64,000 nt of DNA, taken from assembly GCA_038087875.1 (NCBI GenBank), contig CM075996.1:1118001-1182000 (forward strand), written 5' to 3'. Positions 11,811-26,445 of this stretch are shown piece after piece. The notes beneath the pieces are model-generated. The model was not told the DNA's origin, ran no database searches, and saw only the letters and a program-made list of their open reading frames with translations. Each line of letters opens with the position of its first letter. Positions within the stretch are counted from its first letter, which is position 1. The stretch comes from Malacoraja senta. Its lineage: Eukaryota. The translations under genes and the position numbers were made by a program.

Positions 11811-14584
11811 CATATACTCAGTTGATAGCGAACTCCTGAGTTGGTTTAAGCACCTGCTACTGGTCTGAGACATAGGTGTCAGTCTGCAGATAAGCTGGAT
11901 TCATCTGTGTATTTTTAAATCTGCACCAAAGGTGCCCTACCTCTCATTATCCAGTGCCATGACTCTCATCTCTCCATCTGCGACATCATTGAGGTCCTGT
12001 CCTGAAACATCGTCTGTCCGTTCCCTCCACAGATGCTGCCTGATGTGCTAAGTTCTCCAGCATTTTGTTGTTGTTTTTTACTGGCCAGCATCTTTACACC
12101 TGTGCAAAACTCAAAATTGCTGTCATAACCTCTAGTGGCATTTGCTGTGCTTGTAAAACCAATTTGCGAGATGTCCTCAGTCAGTTTTTGGGCGCAGAGT
12201 TGTTCACAGTGAAGCATCAAGCTAGGTTATCACTCATTTTTACTGCAGTGTCATGAAGTGGCCGAGAGTTGCCAGCGGAGCTCTTAAAGTCTCAACACTT
12301 GCAAGTCTAAAATTTGAAGATGGGCACAATGCTGGAGCATCTCTGGAGAAAAAGGATCGGTGACGTTTTGGGTCATAACCCTTCTACAGTCTAAAAATCT
12401 GTAGTTTGTGCCACAGTGCAGCCAGCTACCTATACCTAGTGTGCTGGACAGAACTGCAGATGCTGGTTTAAATCGAAGGTAGACACAAAATGCTGGAGGA
12501 ACTCAGCGGGACAGGCAACATCTGGAGATGTGCTGCAGTACGGAAGGAATCCATCTGCCTTTGAAACCACTGCAAATAGTCCCACTCCCCCGCTCCATCT
12601 CCTGAGCCCTGCCATTTATTTATTTTTTCAATATATAATTTCCTTTTGAGAGTTACTCATCAAATTGCTTCCACTACTTTTCTAGTGCTGTATTCCAGGT
12701 TATAGCAAATTACTACATTAAAAAATAATTCGCATCTGCCCTCTTTTTTCCCCCAGTACAAGTGCCCTCTGGTTAATGACCCTGTATCCAGTGGGAACAG
12801 TTTCTCTCTTGTCTCCAGCCAAACCCTTAATTATTTTGAATGCTTCTACGAAGTAATGTTTAGGGGTCTATTTAAAGTGAAGAAACATGCCAGCTCCGTT
12901 TAGCTGTGTAAACATGCCCAGGAATTTCTATAAAGGTTTGATGTTATCTTGCATAGACAGGTGTGGTTTAATATACATCCTCGGGGTTAAACACCTCTGA
13001 CAAATAAAACCTGTGTGAAAATACTTTAAAACAGTAAGTTCAGCAGCGAGTTGGTTTGGGCAATTTCATTATCAAGCCTTATTTTTCTTTCAAGGGTTTA
13101 ACATTCTGTTTTATTTGTATTTAACAGTTTAATTTTGGTTTAGCTATAGCAGGGGCACGGGTTTACAGTACAAAACGCAGGCCGTTCACCACAGCTGTCT
13201 GTACCACACTTGAGGCCCTTCACCCAACTTTACTTAAAGTTATTACTGTAAGTTTCCGCAAGCATCCTATTAACATAATCTGATCCTTTCTCCCTCATGC
13301 CTCAACTATTCCATCTGGTAGCTCCAGTAGTTCCACATTCTAACCACCCTCCAGCCCACAGATTTCTTCCTGAATTTCTCATTGCATTTACACCATAACT
13401 GTTTTCCCCACAAGCAGCCTCTTTCGAGCAGCTTTGTAATTTTAGGGACTGTTATTATTGGTCAGGTCTAAAAAGGCCAAACCTGTTTGAGGCATCAGGC
13501 ATGAAGCTTTCTGCTGGTGACTTTATAATAATGCCTCAAGCTTATCTATTTAATCTACTGGAAAAGTGAAGTAAAAGCTGTTTTTATGTTCATACCAGAT
13601 GGTTGCAGCTTGATTATCAGTGGACAGTGTTGCTGCAAGGCCTATGTGAGGTTTCCTTAGCTCAGGACCTGTCACAGAGAGGAGGTGTGTACAGCCACGT
13701 ACAGCATGACGGCCTGGTACTGTGCATCAGTGCCCCCCTTATGTGAAGGCAGTGTGTTGACGAAAAAAGTATCCCTGACCTGTGGGTCATCTGAAAGTCG
13801 TGTGAGTCGGGTATCACATTGGAGTTATAGAGTTACAGGTGTAGACCCTTCAGCCCACCTTGTTCAGGGTGTTTGTGAAGCCTATTCTGCACTAGTCCCC
13901 TTTGTATACATGGGGCCCACATCCCCCTCCACCTTTCCTATCCAATTCCAATTGTACCTATCTCTACCACTTTCCTAGATAACAATGTGGAAAATCTTGC
14001 TCCTAAAATCACCTTTAAATTTCTCCCCTCTCACCTTGAACCTAATACCCTCTAGACTCTTCTAAACTGGGAAATGTCTCTCATCGTTTTATAAACCTCC
14101 TCAGCCTCCTATGGTCCATTGAGAATGGACCAGCCTATCCCATCCCTCTTTATAACCACAGCTGTGTTCCAGCTATAATATGTTAACGAGCAATGTTCCT
14201 TTGCCCAAAGACCGTAAACCAATATCAGAGCAGCAGTTGAACTCAAGAACTTTCTTTTAATTGAGGCTCGTCATAGTCTCTGCCAATGAAGTATTTGAAG
14301 CCTGCTGATAGTGACACTGTGATATACAATTGGCTTATGGCAAGCCCCCACAACAGCCATGTGTTAATAATCTGATCTCTTTCTCTAGTGGTCAGCTTGA
14401 AGAACACAGCTCTCCACCACTTCTCTCTGCATTCCATGGCCAAACCAGTTTTGAATCCAATCTACCAAGTCTCCATGGATCCCATGTGGCTTAATCTTCT
14501 GCATCAGTTTACCATGAGGGACTTTGTGAAAAGCTTTACGAAAATCCATGGAAACATCCACTGTCCTGCCCTCGTCAATAAAGA

Positions 14585-15300
14585 GTCGTGAGTGTTTCAT
14601 TGTCATATGTCCCGAGACGGACCAATGAATTTCTTACAGTAGCGCAACAAATCTGCAACTCTGTAAACAGTATAGTAACAAAAAAAGGTTCTGTATGTAA
14701 CAAAATAAAAATAGTGCACAGACAAAAGCAATGCTCCCGTCTAGTCGGGAGTTTATATGGAGGTTGTAGCGTTTAATAGCCTGATGGTTGTAGGAAAGAA
14801 GCTGCTCCTGAACTTGGACGTTACAGTTTCCAGGCTCTTGCAGCTTCTTCCATACGGCGGGTGAAATGAGATTGTGGCCAGGTGGGTGTGGGTCTTTGAT
14901 GATGCTGGCTGCTACTCTTATAGACCCCTTTGATGGTGGGGAAGTTAGTACCCATGATGGCCATCTGAGGCAGTGTTCACCACATTTTGCAGTCTTCATC
15001 ATTCCTGGATGTTTGAGTTGCTGAACCAGGCCGTGATGCAACCAGTCAATATGCTCTCTACTAGTAGTTCAAGAGATTATTCATTGACATACCAAATCTC
15101 CTCAATCTTCAAAGGAAGTAGATGTGTTGATGGACTGGGTCCAGGGTTGATCTTCAGGGATATGCACGCCCAAGAATTTGAAGTTTTTTGTTACTCTCTC
15201 CAACCTGTCGATAAAGACAGGTTTGTGGATCCTCGATCTTCCTCTTCCAAAGTCAACAATCAGTCCCTTGGTTTTACTGACATTGAGACCAAGGTTCTCA
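14585..15300 (-). mobile_element. Rex1/Babar-like LINE fragment nested in a CR1 fragment
   Basis: Minus-strand remnant RVAASIIKDPHPPGHNL. The flanks (14360-14580 and 15300-15680) read as CR1 RT pieces: DFRKAFHKVPHGKL...WIQNW and GRSCLTDLIELFEEVT. Confidence 0.6.
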
Positions 15301-17574
15301 TTTTCGTCACCTCTTCAAAAAGTTCAATCAAGTCTGTAAGACATGACCTCCCCCACACATAACGATGCTGCCTGTCCTCTAGTAGGTCCATGATTTTCCA
15401 GATGTGAGTAGATCCTATTACTAAGAACCTTCTCCAATAATTTCCCAACCACTGATGGAAGGCTCACTGTCCTTTAATTTCCTGTTTGTGTCTGCAGCCA
15501 TTCTTAAACAAAGGAACAAAACTGGCTATTCTCCAGTCCTCTGGGATCTTGTCTCTGGCTAAAGATGATACAAAATTCTCTGTCTGATCGCTAATAATCT
15601 CCTCTTGCCCCTCTCAATAACCTGGAGTAGGTAGCATCAGGCCCTGGAGACATCCATCTAATGCTGCACAAGAGACTCAATACCATCACCACATTGATAG
15701 ACACAAAATGCTGGAGCAACTCAGCGGGGCAGGCAGCATCTGGAGAGAGCGAATGGTGAAGTTTCTGGTCGAGACCCAAAGAACGTTCTCAACCAAGACT
15801 CGAAACGTCACCCAGACATTTTCTCTCCAGAGATGATGCCTGTCCCACTGAGTTACCCCAGCATTTTGTGTCTATCTTCAGTGTAAACCAGCATCTGCAG
15901 TTCCTTCCTACACCACCATCACCTTGATAGCATGCCCTGGAATATTAGCGCAGCCCTCCTAATCTCACTGTCCTCAGTCTCCTTCTCCTTGTGGAATTTT
16001 TAATGGTGGATTATTACAACAGTTCACTTTTTCATAATTGCTCTAACAATTGAGGTGTGGTGCAAATGGGCAGACATTTGGCTGGGGAGGAGGGCTTGAT
16101 GATGGAGGGAGAGACTCAGACCACCATGGGGGGTGGGGGGTGGGATGGGGGAGGTTTGGGGACGAGCTTCAGCTTTGGACTTGGGGAATTAAAGGTGGAG
16201 TTATCTGTAGGTAGCAGTGGTTGAGCTGGAGAGACGTGTAGCATGAGCGAGGGAGCGATGGTTTAGTTTAGTTGATCGCGTGTACTGAGGTACGAATGAA
16301 ACGCTTTGTTGCGTTCTGTCCAGTCAGTGGAAAGACTATACATGATTACAGTCGAGCCATCCACAATGTACAGATACAGGGTAAAGGGAATAACGTTTAG
16401 TGCAAGGTAAAGTCCAGTATGTCCAAGGGTCTCCAATGAAGTAAATTGTAGGTCAGGACCGCTCTCTAATTAGTGATAGGACGGTTCAGTTGCCTGATAA
16501 CAGCTGCGAAGAAACTGTCCCAGAATCGAGGTATTTGTTTTCACGTTCGTTTGTCGAGAAGGAAGAGAGGCCACCAGGACAATAGTGAATATTTTTGTAA
16601 CCTAGTCGGGCGCTGTACGTGGCGACACTTTGCATACTCGTGTACTGTATGCAAAACAGAATTTCACTCCACCAAGTACATGTGACAATAAAGAATCAAT
16701 CAATGTGTCTGAGATTGAATCTGCGTGCAAGATTTGTCCGTTTGCACCTCGGTGCGTTTTGTTTGCATTGTTTCATGGTCGCATGCTGCATTGATAACTA
16801 TCTTGCCGGGCTGCTTTGTCAGCATTCACACTTTAGACGGTGAATACTTTGTTGCAGGGGATTTTCCCAACAACCCAAAGTGCATCTCAAATCTCGATAT
16901 GCTTCTTGGACCATCACTGCTAGTTCCTGATCACCCGTTGGCTGCGTTCCTGCGTTGTCACGCACTCTGCATGGGTGGAGGCTCCAGCTGATAAACATAA
17001 CGTCTTGTCGTCATTTGGAAAATGTAGCAGGTAGACTGCGTAAGAAGGAGTTGAGATGTAACAAACTAATTCTAGCATTATGTTGACCGTGATATTATTT
17101 CGCAATGGTAGAGTTTGCCTTGAAGCCGTGTCTGTTGAAATGTCTTCATGGAAAGAGTGAAAGGCTACAGGTCCTGTCATGCAAGTTAAATCATTTATTA
17201 ACCAGAACTCATTTAAAGGTGTAGATATTTCCTGAACCTCCAGGCAGAGCTGTTGGGAAACTCTTAATTGGAATTGACTCCAGAGGTTGGAGCCATGTTG
17301 CACGTTCAAAGTCGAAAAAAGTAATGTGTTGGAAGGCTCTGGAAAGGATCAGTGTCTGCAGATGACAGTGGATGATGTTTACAAAGGAGCGTTGGGTTTC
17401 AGCATCTCTGACTCTGCCTGAGATGGGCTCCTTGTCTGCACAATGTCTTGGTCATTTATCTTGGGCTCAGAGATCCAAAAGTAAACTCTCATTGTGTAGG
17501 AAGGAACTGCAGATGCTGGTTTGCACTGAAGATGGACACAAAATGCTGGAGTAACTCAGCAGGGCAGGCAGCCC

Positions 17575-19260
17575 GTCGAGGCTATCCCTCGTGGTCGAGG
17601 ATGATCGTCTTCGTTCCATTTTTATGGACTCTCAGCTGGCTTATGAGTCCAATCCTGGCTTTGAAAGTTATTCAGCATTCAGGAAAGGTAATTCCAGATG
17701 GCAGATCGGGCTGTGGTTGTTGCTGCCTCTCTTTCCGTTTTCTTCTCTTCTAATTCTGCGCATCTGTTGGCTTCCAAGGTCGCTGTTCCTTCTTGGATGA
17801 TGGTTCGCCAGAGTTTCCTGTCCTTGGCATTGGTTTCCCAATTGTCGATGTTCACATTTCTTTATGCTGGCTTTTAAGGCGTCTTTGAATCGCTTCCTTT
17901 GTCCGCCTCGTTTCCGTTTGCCTTCTTTAAGCTGGGAGTAGAAGGTTTGCTTTGGTAGACGCTCGTCTTCCATCCGAACAACATGACCGACCCATCTTAG
18001 TTGGTTCTTGATGACGAAGGCTTCGATGCTTGCGCTTCATTCAGCACACTGACATTGGTTCTTCTGTCTTCCCAACTGAACTTTTCAAGTGTTTTCAGAT
18101 GGTGTTGGTATATTGTCCAGGTTCCTGATGCATACAGGAGCGTTGGAATTACCACTGCTTTGTACACTAACATTTTGGTGTCTGTTCGGATGTCACGATT
18201 TTGAAAGACGCTCGTTCGAAGATGTCCAAAAGCTGTTCCAGCACACTTAAGACGATGTTGGATCTCATCATCAAGGTCGACATTGGAGGAGAGGTGACTT
18301 CCAAGGTACGGAAAGTGATCCATATTTTCCAGGGTTGTTTCACCAAGTTGAATTGATGGTTCTTTCCGATTTGTCTCAGTTGGTGACGATTGGTAGATAA
18401 ACTGAGTTTTCTTGGAGTTGATGGTAAGTCCAAGTTTCGAGTATGCACAGTTGAAGGCAGTCAGGATCTGTTGGAGATGATTATCTGAGAGAGCTGCAAC
18501 AGTTGTCTTCTGCGTATTGGAACTCGATGAGGGAGCTCATAGATATCTTAGTTTTGGACTTGAGACGGGCAAGATTGAAAAGTCTGCCATCTGTTCTGTA
18601 GACTGTTTCGATTCCTGGTGGTAGGTCGTCCTGGATGATGTGGATGGTCGTCGCAATGAAGATGGTGAACAGTGTTGCAGCAATCACGCATCCCTGTTTC
18701 ACTCCTGATCCGACTTGAAACGGCTCACAGTTGCTGTTGCTGGCCATGACTGTGGCAAGCATGTCATCGTGGAGGAGTCTCAGGATTCAAATGTACTTTT
18801 AAGGATAAACAAAGGTGGATAGGACGTCCAAGTAGAGTTCCCTTGATACCGAGTTGAAGGCCTTAGTGAGGTCGATGAATGCCATGTACAAAGGTTGTTG
18901 TTCAAACCATTTTTCTCGTAGTTGAGGCATTGTGAAGATCATATCGGCTGTTCCATGTGATGGACTAAATCTGGCTTGTGTCTCCGGAAGGATCTTCTCC
19001 GGAAGCATCTCTGGAGAGAAGGAATGGGTGACGTTTCGGGTCGAGACCTTTCTTCAGACTCCCAACCCGAAACGCCCCTCATTCCTTCTTTCCAGAGATG
19101 CTGCCCATCCCGTTGAGTAACTTCTCATTGTTAGCCCTGGTCTGAACGAACAATTGTCAACTTGTCTGACATAAGAGCGAATATTAGGGCGCAGGTTTTT
19201 CTCCTTATCAACCCAACTTTCCACATCAGCGCTAATGCTCCACACATCCACTCTACTGTA
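17575..19260 (-). mobile_element. RTE (BovB-like) LINE, frameshifted RT and C-terminus
   Basis: Successive minus ORFs: LPETQARF...DMIF...LYMAFIDLTKAFNSV; GVKQGCVIAATLFTIF...DGRLFNLARL...QYAED; FPYLGS...DDEIQHRL...KMLVYKAVVIPTLLY; RLPKQTFYSQL.EGKR.RGGQRKRFKD. Interrupted by a pLTR palindrome at ~19005-19120. Confidence 0.9.
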
Positions 19261-21911
19261 CATCACAGTCCTCTATGTCCCCATCTATCAATCTCACACT
19301 AGTCAATGGAGCAACCACAAACCTTCCCAGGGGATTTGCAAGCCTCGGAATAAACTTTCTCTTATCTCGTTTTAAAATAGATGTCCACTTCTCCCTAGAT
19401 TTATGGCTCCAGTTCTAGACTCGGCAGACTCCCAAATTTACCTGCTTGTTCTCTGTCAATCTCTTCCTATTCCGTGTTAACCTGCAGCATCTCACGAACA
19501 AGCACATCAATATTGGTGCAGAGTGATGAGTGTACATTAGTCATTGAGCATGTGGTAGCAAACAAGTCTTCTTCCCGCCCAAGTGAATAACCTCACATCA
19601 TCTGCTCCCTGATTGCTCACGCGCTCCACCTGCATTCCTCCGCTCCCCAGCTCTCTTCAGCCTTGCTGTTCCACTTTGTACTTTCAGCCAACTTGTCCAG
19701 GGTGCTCCCTGGCACCCCACCAGCAGTAGATCGGGGATATTTTCTCCTCCAGCTGATGTCACAAGATACCCTTTTCCCCTTCAGTCGATATAATCAATGA
19801 TGGCAAATCGGTGATCAATAATTCTTTCTATGAATTGTCACCAGATCGAACCATTTCTCCACAGAACATAATGCATTTATTCTCCGGTCTCTGTCGCATT
19901 AGTAGAGTTAAGATGACCTTTGCTAACTCCACATTGAAAGCAATTCCTTGCTGGTGAAACTCTTTCTTCAGGTTTGTTAATTCTGTACTTCCATCCAGTT
20001 TTCCGTTTAGATGAACGACTTGCTTGTGTCCACACTGTGTGCACTTGTCCTTGTCAAAATTTGGACAATCTCGTCAATCTTTTCTGCAGTTAAAAAACTC
20101 ACTCAACAATGGAAATCATAATTTGGTTGTAAATTGCACGATCACCCATTTACTGCTCTTTGCTGGGATCCTTTCAACCTGTTAATGGTCCCTTTTAAGT
20201 AGATTGCCTGAAACAAAGTAAACATTTTATAAAATTATGTAAAGTGCTCAAATAATTGATCTTATCTTAGAACGGAATGTCTTGTCTGTGATTAGCCTTG
20301 TTGATAGCTTTATGTGGATTGCACATTTTGGGTACATGTCATTGTTGTTCATCACCAACGTCATTGGATCTATTCAAATATGCAAAAGGACAGCATATTT
20401 ATTAATGGAGCATGAAGTGTAGTGTCAGGGCTGCCAAAGTGTTTCCGAGCAAATTTGCTGTGATGTGTGAAGTAATGTATTGGGAAGGCAAGGAAAGGGA
20501 GTTCATGATCGATTCATTTCACTGACTCCTGGCAATCTGTGGCCAGCAGGGGAATGAGAATGTGGGGTTGCATTATATTAAACCCACTCACTTGGACTGT
20601 CAGAGATTGGTAGATATGGGACTCTCCTTTGGGAGTTATTTGGTACCAGCCTATTGATACAAAATGAATATAATAATAAGGAACTGGGCAAGTTAGGTCG
20701 AAGGGCCAGTTTGCACGCTGTAAGACTCTGTCAGGGGAAAGAATGAACAGATGACGTTTCTGGTCAGGACCCTTCAGACTGAGGACGCTAGACAATGACA
20801 GCGTTGAATCTTGAACAGAGGGGCTTAGTTTTAATGGGGCGGCAGGGGCAGAGACTCTCATCATTTAAGAAGCATCGAGACGATGCTGGAATCAGCATGG
20901 ACCATGAGGTGTAAATGGGATTAATGTGAACAGGTGTACGATAGCAACATGAATGCGATGGGGCCAAGGAGTTTCTACGCCACGTGATTCTATGACTCCC
21001 TTTGAACTTCAGAACAAGGGGTCATCTATTTAAGATGGAAATAAGAATCAATGTAATCTCTCAGTAAGTCATGGATGTTTAAAGTTCTCCACTCCAGGAA
21101 GTGTGCAGGCAGGTTTGATGGCGGAGATAGTGGGGAGTTTGGATCGGAAGTGAAGCGGACACCATGATCAGATGGGCTCTGATTTAACAAAGTTGGAGCG
21201 GCCTGAAGGCAGCTGCTTCTGCAGCAACGAGCAGAGGTGATGGAAAACATGAATTGTACAAGACGTTCTTTGTCAATGATGGTGTCATCAGTTACAATGG
21301 GCCATGTTTTTGTCGGCAATGAGCACGAGTAGACTGGTAAAGGAAGTATTTGTATGTTAAACATTATATATCATCTACCTGTCTAAACATCAAGTCACAT
21401 AATTTTGTACTAAATTAATGGACCAGTTCTGTCATTTAGAATTTGAAATAAAGTGTGCGATGTACTAGGTAGTTGAAGGTACTATATTAATGTTTAAGAA
21501 GCATTTAGACAGGAACGTGGATAGGACAGGTTTAAGGGGATGTGGGCCAACTGCAGACAGGTGGGACCAGTGTAGATGGGGCATGTTGGGCCGAAGGGCC
21601 TGTTTCCAGGCTGTATGAATCTATGGAGAGAAGGGATGGGTGACGTTTTTTTCTCTCCAGAGATACTGCCAGTCCCGCTGAGTTACTCCAGCATTTTATT
21701 TCTACCTTCGATTTAAACCAGCATCTGCAGTTCCTTCCTGCACTGTATGACTCTATGACAGATATAAACCACGTTTTGATTGAGGAGGTTTAGAATGTTG
21801 CCGAATACTCTATCAAACTTCTACTAGTGTATGGCAGAGAGCAAAACATTGCAGATGGGCAGGTTTGTAAATCACCTTCCCAAGGATGAAGGAGCCGATA
21901 GAGAGTGGTGG

Positions 21912-22697
21912 ACAAGATACAAGATACATTCATTTGTCACATGTGCCAGTTGGCACAGTGAAATGTGTGGTCACCATACAGCCATACAATAAAATAAAGA
22001 ACACAACACACGATAGAGCTCAACATAAAACTTCCCCACACAGCAGAATCAAAGTTAGCCACTGTGAGGGAAGGCACCAAAGTCAGTCATCTTCCTCTAA
22101 TGTTCCCCAATGTTCACCCGTGGTCGGGGCCTCCCCGAGCCCACCGCAGTCGCCGCTACGGGCAGCCCGATGTTCAGGCCCGCTCGCCGGGGTGATGTAA
22201 GTCTGACGTCGGGGCTGGGCGGAGATTCAACGCTGGCGGCCCTCGGCAAAGGGCTCCAGGACTCCGCGATGTTGTTCAGCACCGGCCGCGCTGGAAGCTC
22301 TCCCAAACCGCAGCTCCACGATGTTGGAGCAGTGGCCCAACGCTCCGGAGCTCCAAACGGCGATCCAGGTCGGCATCGCCTGCTCCACGGTGAATTCAGC
22401 GCTGCGCCGCCGCTGTTGTAGCTCTGGTCCGGTTCCCGGCCCCCGGCAGGAAAGGCCGCTCCGATCCAGGTGATAGGCCGCGAGGAGGGGGGCGAGGACG
22501 CGACTTGGAGAAATAGTCGCGTCCCGGCCAGGAAGCGACTGGGAAACAGTTTCCCCCTTACCCTGCCCCCCTCCCCCACATAGAAAAGTTAAAGCTTCCC
22601 CCAAAAACAGACTTTAAACTAACTAAAAATAAAAAAAAGATTGAAAAGACAAACAGGCTGTAGGCAGTGGCTGCCGTCAATGCGGCGCCCCTAGTGG
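21912..22697 (-). mobile_element. Young CpG-rich non-autonomous retroelement with short-repeat tail
   Basis: The minus strand ends ...tgacaaatgaatgtatcttgtatcttgt. CpG-dense core at 22120-22540. A related tail region recurs at ~44335-44535. Confidence 0.55.
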
Positions 22698-23479
22698 ATA
22701 GTGCCCGGTCCAGCACGGGTACTGACCGGTCCATCACAGGTACTGACCTCCCCCCACCACACACTGCCCGGTCCTGACCTCCCCCCACCACATCACAGGT
22801 ACTGACCTCCCCACCATTGTGGGATATACGGGAGGTGCTGCTTTAAAGGCAGCCAGCATCATCAAAAACCCAAACCACCCTGGCCACGCTCTCATCTCGC
22901 TGCCACCATTGGGAAGAAGATACAGGAACCAAATGAAAGGAGCTGGTCATGGACTTCGGGAGGTAGGGAGGTGTACTTGCTCCAGTCTGCACCAATGGTG
23001 TGATGTGGAGAGTGTCAAGAGCTTCAAGTACTTAGCACCAATAATATGTCCTGTTCCAACGTCAATGTGGATGATTCTACAGCCAAGAAGCATCTGTAAT
23101 GCTTCTACTTCCCCAGAAAGTGAAGGACATTTGGAGTGGCTCGTATTCCTCATTTCTACAGATGCATCGTAAAGAACATCCTGTCCAGATACATCACAGC
23201 TGCTCTGCCCAAGATTGCAAAAAAAATGCTGAGACTTGCAGATATAACATCCCTCAAGCCAGCCCCTCTATCGACTCCAAGAAGGCGGCAGCCAATATAA
23301 TCAAAGGACAACTCATTCCCTGACCATTCCCTCTTCCATCAGGCAGAAGATATGAAAGTTTGAAAACATACCACCAGATTCAAGCGCAGCTTCACCCCCA
23401 TGGTTATCAAACTCTAGAACAAACCTCTCCTTTGCTAACGATGTTTGCTAACTCTTGGTTCTTGGTCCTCCGAAATATC

Positions 23480-23796
23480 CCAAATGGAATTTATACTGGA
23501 GGTATGCAGAGGGTGGACTTAAACAAAAAAGGGTTCTAGGAGAAGAAGATCTGCCTTAAATTTAGTTGCTTTTGGTTGGGCAACTATGGTAGGGTGAAGA
23601 CTAAACATGCTTTAATTGTGCGGGGGAAGAATGCATTGCTGTACACATCTGTCTTGGTAGCTGGTATCTCAAAGTGGATCGAATGCCCTCGTTTGCTCCT
23701 AATAGGTTTGGTGTAGGTTTGGTAATCTATGTCGAGCTGACCATGTAACATTTTGTAAAAACAGGTCAAACGGTGAGCTTTACGTCTGTCTTCTAG
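23480..23796 (-). mobile_element. LINE 3' end (CR1/L2 group, distinct from the HER1 family)
   Basis: LEDRRKAHRLTCFYKMLHG...RGHS....P.TKTDVYSNAFFPRTIK is a typical non-LTR ORF2 C-terminus. Confidence 0.7.
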
Positions 23797-26151
23797 CACC
23801 ATCTGCCAATCTACCACATACAGCCCCAGCACTTTTTTTTAAATCCACACTTCTCTGCAGTTGTATTACTATATTCTGCCCTCTGGTTATTTTCCCTTTC
23901 ACACTACCTGATGTCGTCACGAATGGTAGAATTCGACACAAAACAAACTTTGTCATTGTGTCTGGTTACAGGTGACAATCGTAAGCCAATAGTTTGGAAG
24001 AAAAGGGAATAATTTTGCGGACTGTTTGGTTTCCAATCGGATACTTTAAAAGCAATGAAATAATTTTAGCATAAAACAGTGCTTTAAAATAATCATCTGC
24101 ACCATCTGGTAAAGCTAAAACATTGAAGCCATCTGATAAATCATTGTTTTATTAAACGAGGATCCAAGTTGATAGGTTACAAGTGGTGCTGGGTTTCACC
24201 CTGTGCTGCTTTCTGGATTGATAATAATTCTCATCTGTTGCACGATACTCTACATCCATCTCCCATAGAAGTGAGGAAAGTACTTTTTGTACAACTATTA
24301 AAAACCGGCTCAAGTTACAAAGACCCAGATAAAACCTGGACCCTCCTCGAATAAAACTTAAAGGAATTATCTATGGCCACGTTAATATCAAATGCAACTC
24401 CAACTGAAGGCACGTCTGAAAGGGCTGACAGATTCACTCATCCAGAGGAAGGATGCTATCTTATAATGGTAAGAAGGAAACCATTCAGCCCATCAATCCA
24501 TGCTAGCCCCAGGCAAACACAGTCATCAACTTCCACTCTCCCCATATCCCTACAGTTCTTTCCCACCAACTCTCTGGTTATCTTTGCTGATAACCTCTAC
24601 CACAGGATAACTTATAGTAACTTCTTTAGGATGTGGGAGGATGTCAGAGGACTAGGATGAAACCCAAGAGGTGAGTGAGAGAATTGCAAACTCCAGACAG
24701 AAAACACACACGCTGAGGATTGAACCCCTGTCCTTGTGACACTAACCGCTGCAACGCCACACTGCCCAACTCCAGAAATAGTTTGCAGCAAGTACAACTG
24801 GTTCTTCCCTCTGGTGGGGCGATTGGCCAGTTGGCATTGTGTAGAGTGGTGAGTATGTTTGAAGGGTCCCGACCTGAAACATCACCGATCTCCACAGATG
24901 CTGCCTGACCCGCTGAGTTACCCCAGCACACTGAAACGTCGCCTATCCATGTTCTCCACAGATGCTGCCTGACCCGCTGAGTTACTCCAGCACTTTGTAT
25001 ATTAATCAGCATCTGCAGTTCCTTGTGTCTGTTTCGTGAAATAATCTAACACTTGCACTCATTGTAGTTCAGTTTCCATCCAACTTCTCCATCTGTGAAT
25101 TACCGTGATTTGGGTCGATCTGTTATTCAGAGTTAGTTTCTGGATTATCTCCAACTTGACCCGTTCTCCAGATCTGAAACTTCAAAGGAGCTAGGAGCTG
25201 GCAACTGCGCTGTGTAATTGCAGCTCTGAATAAGAACTCCCTTTGTAAGTCCGTGCAAGGTTGCAGTAACAGTGAGTGAGCTCAGTAATTAAAATCGCAG
25301 CACAGGCAGGAATTTTGCAAGATCATCTTAACACAGTTTGCAGTTTGTCACTAGCTTGGCCCTTGCTATCGTGCGTGCCACACACTGCAGAGTTTGACAC
25401 AAACACCTCTGTTACCTTTGGAATATTTTCAATGTATTGAGCCAATTGATTCACGTTGGTGTCAATCCTGGAGTTTCTCGTCCATCCCGAGTTGTTCCTG
25501 AAGGAGGCAACGCTTTGGTCAGTCCAGACCACAGGAGGCTCACTGTGGGTCAGAATAGTTTTTCTCTGAAGGATGGTGTTGAAACCTGATGATTTCTTTC
25601 CAAGAATTGTGGTTCCATGGTCACTGTTACTGATGTAATATATATTCATTTAATTACTTTTAATTTTAACAGCAATGCTGTAAACAGCTGGGCAGGCAAC
25701 ATCTGGAGTTAATATTCCAATCCTCGACCATTCGTCAGGTCCCAGACATGAAACAATAACTCTGTTTCTCTCTCCACAGATGTTTTTATTTCAGATTTCC
25801 AGCATCTGCAGATGTTCTGGTTCGCAGTAGTCCAATGGCCAGGAGACTAGACGGCAGACATAGTGATAGGGAGAGGGATAACTGGAGACTGTTGCTGGAG
25901 CTGATTCTGCCTTACGGTGAGTGCTGTGGAGCTGGTGACTTGTCAGGGACAGGCTGTCACTAACAACATGGAGAGGCCAGGACAATATGCAGTGTCTATG
26001 GGAGAATGGAATGAAGGCTTGCTCCTCCCAGGATTTCAATCTTTGTAACCTTTGCCTTACTTTAACCAGGCACTGCTGCAAAAGAATGTCATCTTTCAGG
26101 TGTAAAGTCAAACCAAAGCCTGATCAGTCCAACAAGAAAACTCAGACTATC

Positions 26152-26445
26152 TTTAGTTTAGAGATACAGCGCGGAAACAGGCCCTTCAGCCCACCGAGTC
26201 TGCATCGACCAGCGATCCCCGCGCACTAACACTATCCTACACACACTAGGGACAATTTACATTTATACCAAGCGAATTAACCTACAAACACGCGTGTCTT
26301 TGGAATGTGGTAAGAAACCGAAGATCTTGGAGAAAACCCACGCAGTCACAAGGAGAACATACGAATTCCGTACAGACAGCACCCGTAGTCAGGATCGAAC
26401 CTGGGTCTCTGGTGCTGTTAGGCGGCAACTCTACCGCTGCACCAT
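26152..26445 (-). mobile_element. HE1-type tRNA-derived V-SINE
   Basis: Full-length reverse complement, with B box (ggttcgatcc on minus) and tail tctctaaactaaa. Confidence 0.85.

Noticed and set aside
22684..22697. CTCF-like motif CCACTAGGGGCGCC (minus strand)
   Set aside because: One G short of the core consensus spacing and located at a repeat end.
25323..25649. 108-aa ORF in unique sequence
   Set aside because: No recognisable homology or exon context; the length is compatible with chance.
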